Shown here: positions 61,958-64,000 of the stretch, piece after piece | Layout of the letters: every line of letters begins with the position of its first letter | Numbering within the stretch: position 1 is the first letter of the stretch | Made by a program: the position numbers and the translations under genes | The notes under the pieces: model-generated | The model's input: the letters and a program-made list of their open reading frames with translations, nothing else | What the model was told of the DNA's origin: nothing | Database searches by the model: none | Assembly (NCBI GenBank): GCA_017516745.1 | Contig: JAFXBF010000007.1 | Coordinates: 46,079-110,078, forward strand | Direction: 5' to 3' | DNA: 64,000 bases | Origin: Clostridia bacterium | Lineage (GTDB): Bacteria; Bacillota; Clostridia; Oscillospirales; Acutalibacteraceae

Positions 61958-62278
61958 ATGGTATGTAATTACAGTAACACTATTGCAATAAAGCACGGTA
62001 TCAATTCCGCACTTATTGCAGGCTTTATCAACTACCGTTTAACGCATACAGACACCAAGTTTGAGGGCAGACCTTTTGTACGCATAACACAAAAATCTTT
62101 GACAGCCACATTCCCCTTTATGGGTGAAAAGGCTGTGCGAAATGCGATTAAACGGCTCGTGAAAGCAAATGTTATTTCGGTCAAGCAGTTCAGAAAATCA
62201 AAGTTTGACCATGCAAATTTCTATGCTCTCACGCAGTACGGCAAAACACTCATGGAAGGAGTTGAAGATATTGAGTGA
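61958..62278 (+). CDS. Small winged-helix-like DNA-binding protein (hypothetical)
   Basis: 106 aa. The ...ITQKSLTATFPFMGEKAVRNAIKRLVKANVISV... pattern resembles an HTH/wHTH. SD GGAGG lies upstream. Confidence 0.45.
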   Translation: MVCNYSNTIAIKHGINSALIAGFINYRLTHTDTKFEGRPFVRITQKSLTATFPFMGEKAVRNAIKRLVKANVISVKQFRKSKFDHANFYALTQYGKTLMEGVEDIE

Positions 62279-62285
62279 AAAACGA

Positions 62286-62870
62286 ATGGTTGAGGGTTAT
62301 GAAATAACCCAAGCCTTTGAAATCGGTAAAACCGAAATTATACTCGGCGAAAATCCCAATGCACCTGACAATATGATTTATCTGGTTGCCAGTTGCGAAA
62401 ACAACGGCATTTTCACAAGATATAACGATGTTCTTATAGGTGATGACTTTGCCGAACTTGCGAAGATCTTTGCAGAAAGAATTGCATCCGAAGCAGACAG
62501 AGTTATGGAGGAAAATTCAAAAATATCTATTGATAAAACTCCGCTTACTGCCGAGAATTGCGATTCTGTAAGCTACAATGATTCAATCAAAGACAATGTT
62601 GTAGTTATAAAAGCAGAAATCTTCAAACCCGAATACAGAATGTCCGTAAATCAGATTTGTCTTTGCACGGGCGGTTTTGGCTCGTCTGCAAACTCAAGAG
62701 GTACAGCGTGTTTCTGTACTAATCTTTACACGGGAGAATCCGTGCAGTTCAAACGTCAGGATGTTCTCGGTACTATTGAAAAAGACAAACTCCCCGATTG
62801 GGCAAAGGAAGGTCTTGAAAAGGTACTGAAAGAACGTGCCGACAGAAGAAAGGAAAGGGATGCAAGATGA
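62286..62870 (+). CDS. Hypothetical protein (MGE-associated, family not recognised)
   Basis: Coding-like ORF. The start is ambiguous (ATG 62286 or TTG 62271). Confidence 0.5.
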   Translation: MVEGYEITQAFEIGKTEIILGENPNAPDNMIYLVASCENNGIFTRYNDVLIGDDFAELAKIFAERIASEADRVMEENSKISIDKTPLTAENCDSVSYNDSIKDNVVVIKAEIFKPEYRMSVNQICLCTGGFGSSANSRGTACFCTNLYTGESVQFKRQDVLGTIEKDKLPDWAKEGLEKVLKERADRRKERDAR

Positions 62871-63820
62871 CAGATTTGTATGTAACTCCTACAACTACCA
62901 ACCTTGAAAAATACACATTCAAACAGAGTCAGCAGTTATATCAGCAGACAGGCTGTATAGGTTATCTTCGTGCGGATATGGGATATAACGGACAAGAGTT
63001 CAATTCCACTTGGAATGACGTCTGTACTTTTTTCAAGACAGATGAGTTCAAAAAGGAATTTGACGATGTTATCAATGCACTCCGCCTTGATGATACCTAT
63101 GGCAGACTGCTCAATGACAGAACAAGGCTCAGCCGTTATTGTCACGAACACGCAAAGCAGTACAGCGGTGCGGATAATCAGTATTACGGCGTAAGAGTTG
63201 ATACGGATAATCACACTTATCTTTTAAGGCTCAATCCGAGGCAGGGCGAATACAACCTTTACTGCTACTGCTTTGTAAAGCAGTATTTTGAAACACATCT
63301 TGTTCAGGCAAGTAAGGGAATCCGCTTTATTACTCCCTCATACAGACCTGTTTTCACCATTCCCGATGGCGATAAAATCAGAATTCTTCGCCTTGACGGT
63401 GAAAAGGTCGATAAGTCTTGCAGATATATTGATGATTACCACACCGAGGTCGGTGACAGGCTTTATCACATCTGCGAATTTGCCGAGATAATAGAAAGAA
63501 ACGGCAGTAAGGTCATTCCTTTGCGTTCATCACTTCCCGAAAGATGTTATTCTGTTTCACCCTCAAACGGTCATCTCATTATTATCACAAAGGGTGAAAA
63601 CGAACATTCAGATGTAAATGACAGCAACAACTCACCCGAAAGGAACAGAGAACTTGCTGACGGTCATAACAGCGAAATGGGAGTAACAAAAGCACAGGAA
63701 GCGGCAATGCTCGCAGGCTCTTTAAAAGGTTGGAACACACCCGAAGCAGACCCACAAAACTATGATGACAACGGCACACCCGTCAAGACAAAACATAAAG
63801 ACCGAGGTGATGCACGATGA
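62867..63820 (+). CDS. Hypothetical protein (MGE-associated, family not recognised)
   Basis: 317 aa, translationally coupled to the previous gene by a 4-nt overlap. Confidence 0.55.
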   Translation: MTDLYVTPTTTNLEKYTFKQSQQLYQQTGCIGYLRADMGYNGQEFNSTWNDVCTFFKTDEFKKEFDDVINALRLDDTYGRLLNDRTRLSRYCHEHAKQYSGADNQYYGVRVDTDNHTYLLRLNPRQGEYNLYCYCFVKQYFETHLVQASKGIRFITPSYRPVFTIPDGDKIRILRLDGEKVDKSCRYIDDYHTEVGDRLYHICEFAEIIERNGSKVIPLRSSLPERCYSVSPSNGHLIIITKGENEHSDVNDSNNSPERNRELADGHNSEMGVTKAQEAAMLAGSLKGWNTPEADPQNYDDNGTPVKTKHKDRGDAR

Positions 63821-63841
63821 CAAGAAAAGTTATCGGACACC

Positions 63842-64000
63842 ATGAAGGTTAATATGAATAAACTCGGTTGCAGAAAATGCAGATACCACAACGAAAATGT
63901 TTGCAATATCTGTTGGAAACGGGTTTATAAAGATTTTGAAGAAAGGAAGGTAAAGAAGAATGGCGAAAATACCAAACGAAGTAACCAAAAGGTTGAAACT
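63842..64000 (+). CDS. Partial ORF, small CxxC...CxxC zinc-ribbon-like protein (runs off the window)
   Basis: MKVNMNKLGCRKCRYHNENVCNICWKRVYKDF... is open to the window end. Confidence 0.3.
   Translation, partial: MKVNMNKLGCRKCRYHNENVCNICWKRVYKDFEERKVKKNGENTKRSNQKVET

Larger units (their letters stand above)
44323..64000 (+). mobile_element. Putative integrated accessory/mobile island adjacent to tRNA-Arg (right end beyond the window)
   Basis: Composition switches abruptly to more AT-rich sequence right after the tRNA, and all genes lie on one strand. The island holds ParB-like, SpoVG-like and wHTH genes, unknown MGE-style genes and repeated promoter-like modules. No integrase, relaxase or T4SS gene is seen inside the window. 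Confidence 0.5.

Overview
This 64-kb window looks like a Clostridia chromosome, probably from an Oscillospiraceae/Ruminococcaceae-like spore-former (yaaL-bofA pair, yqeK-nadD-yhbY, GH78/GH95/CE15 glycan genes). All family assignments rest on motifs read by eye; no database search was possible. Positions 1-44.3 kb are core genome: fucI (3' part), a PadR plus two DUF2812 module, gdhA, mgtC-like, and a long minus-strand housekeeping run (mgsA, hisS, aspS, ftsY, rdgB, yhbY, nadD, yqeK). They also hold transporters (AGCS, NhaC), glycan enzymes (CE15-like, GH78, GH95, manA), an ABC-F ATPase, a complete shikimate/Phe/Tyr operon (aroF-tyrA-aroB-aroA-aroC-pheA-aroE::aroK-aroQ), a sigma/anti-sigma pair followed by BlaI/BlaR1-like genes, an FGGY kinase and a cyclase. 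The aro operon is preceded by a consensus promoter, a 22-codon Phe/Tyr-rich leader ORF and an intrinsic terminator, which suggests a ribosome-mediated attenuator. Several families of GC-rich palindromic (REP/MITE-like) repeats fill the intergenic spacers. At 44.25 kb a tRNA-Arg(CCT), preceded by a decayed copy of its own 5' half, marks the switch to a visibly more AT-rich accessory island that runs to the window end with every gene on the plus strand. The island contains a small cargo module (GH43-like and EamA) bracketed by repeats, duplicated 67-nt promoter-like repeats, a ~390-nt non-coding stretch with several complementary segments, ParB-like and SpoVG-like genes, and a complete Tad/Flp (type IVc) pilus locus. 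The pilus locus carries two tandem Flp-like pilins, a prepilin peptidase, CpaB, TadZ, TadA, TadB, TadC and two pseudopilin-like proteins. It is decorated with unusual partners: a very acidic sortase-substrate protein, a Cys-rich membrane protein and a 1,497-aa repeat adhesin. Genes of unknown, MGE-like function follow. No integrase, relaxase or T4SS gene is visible in the window, so mobility of the island is an inference. No CRISPR array or rRNA gene was seen.
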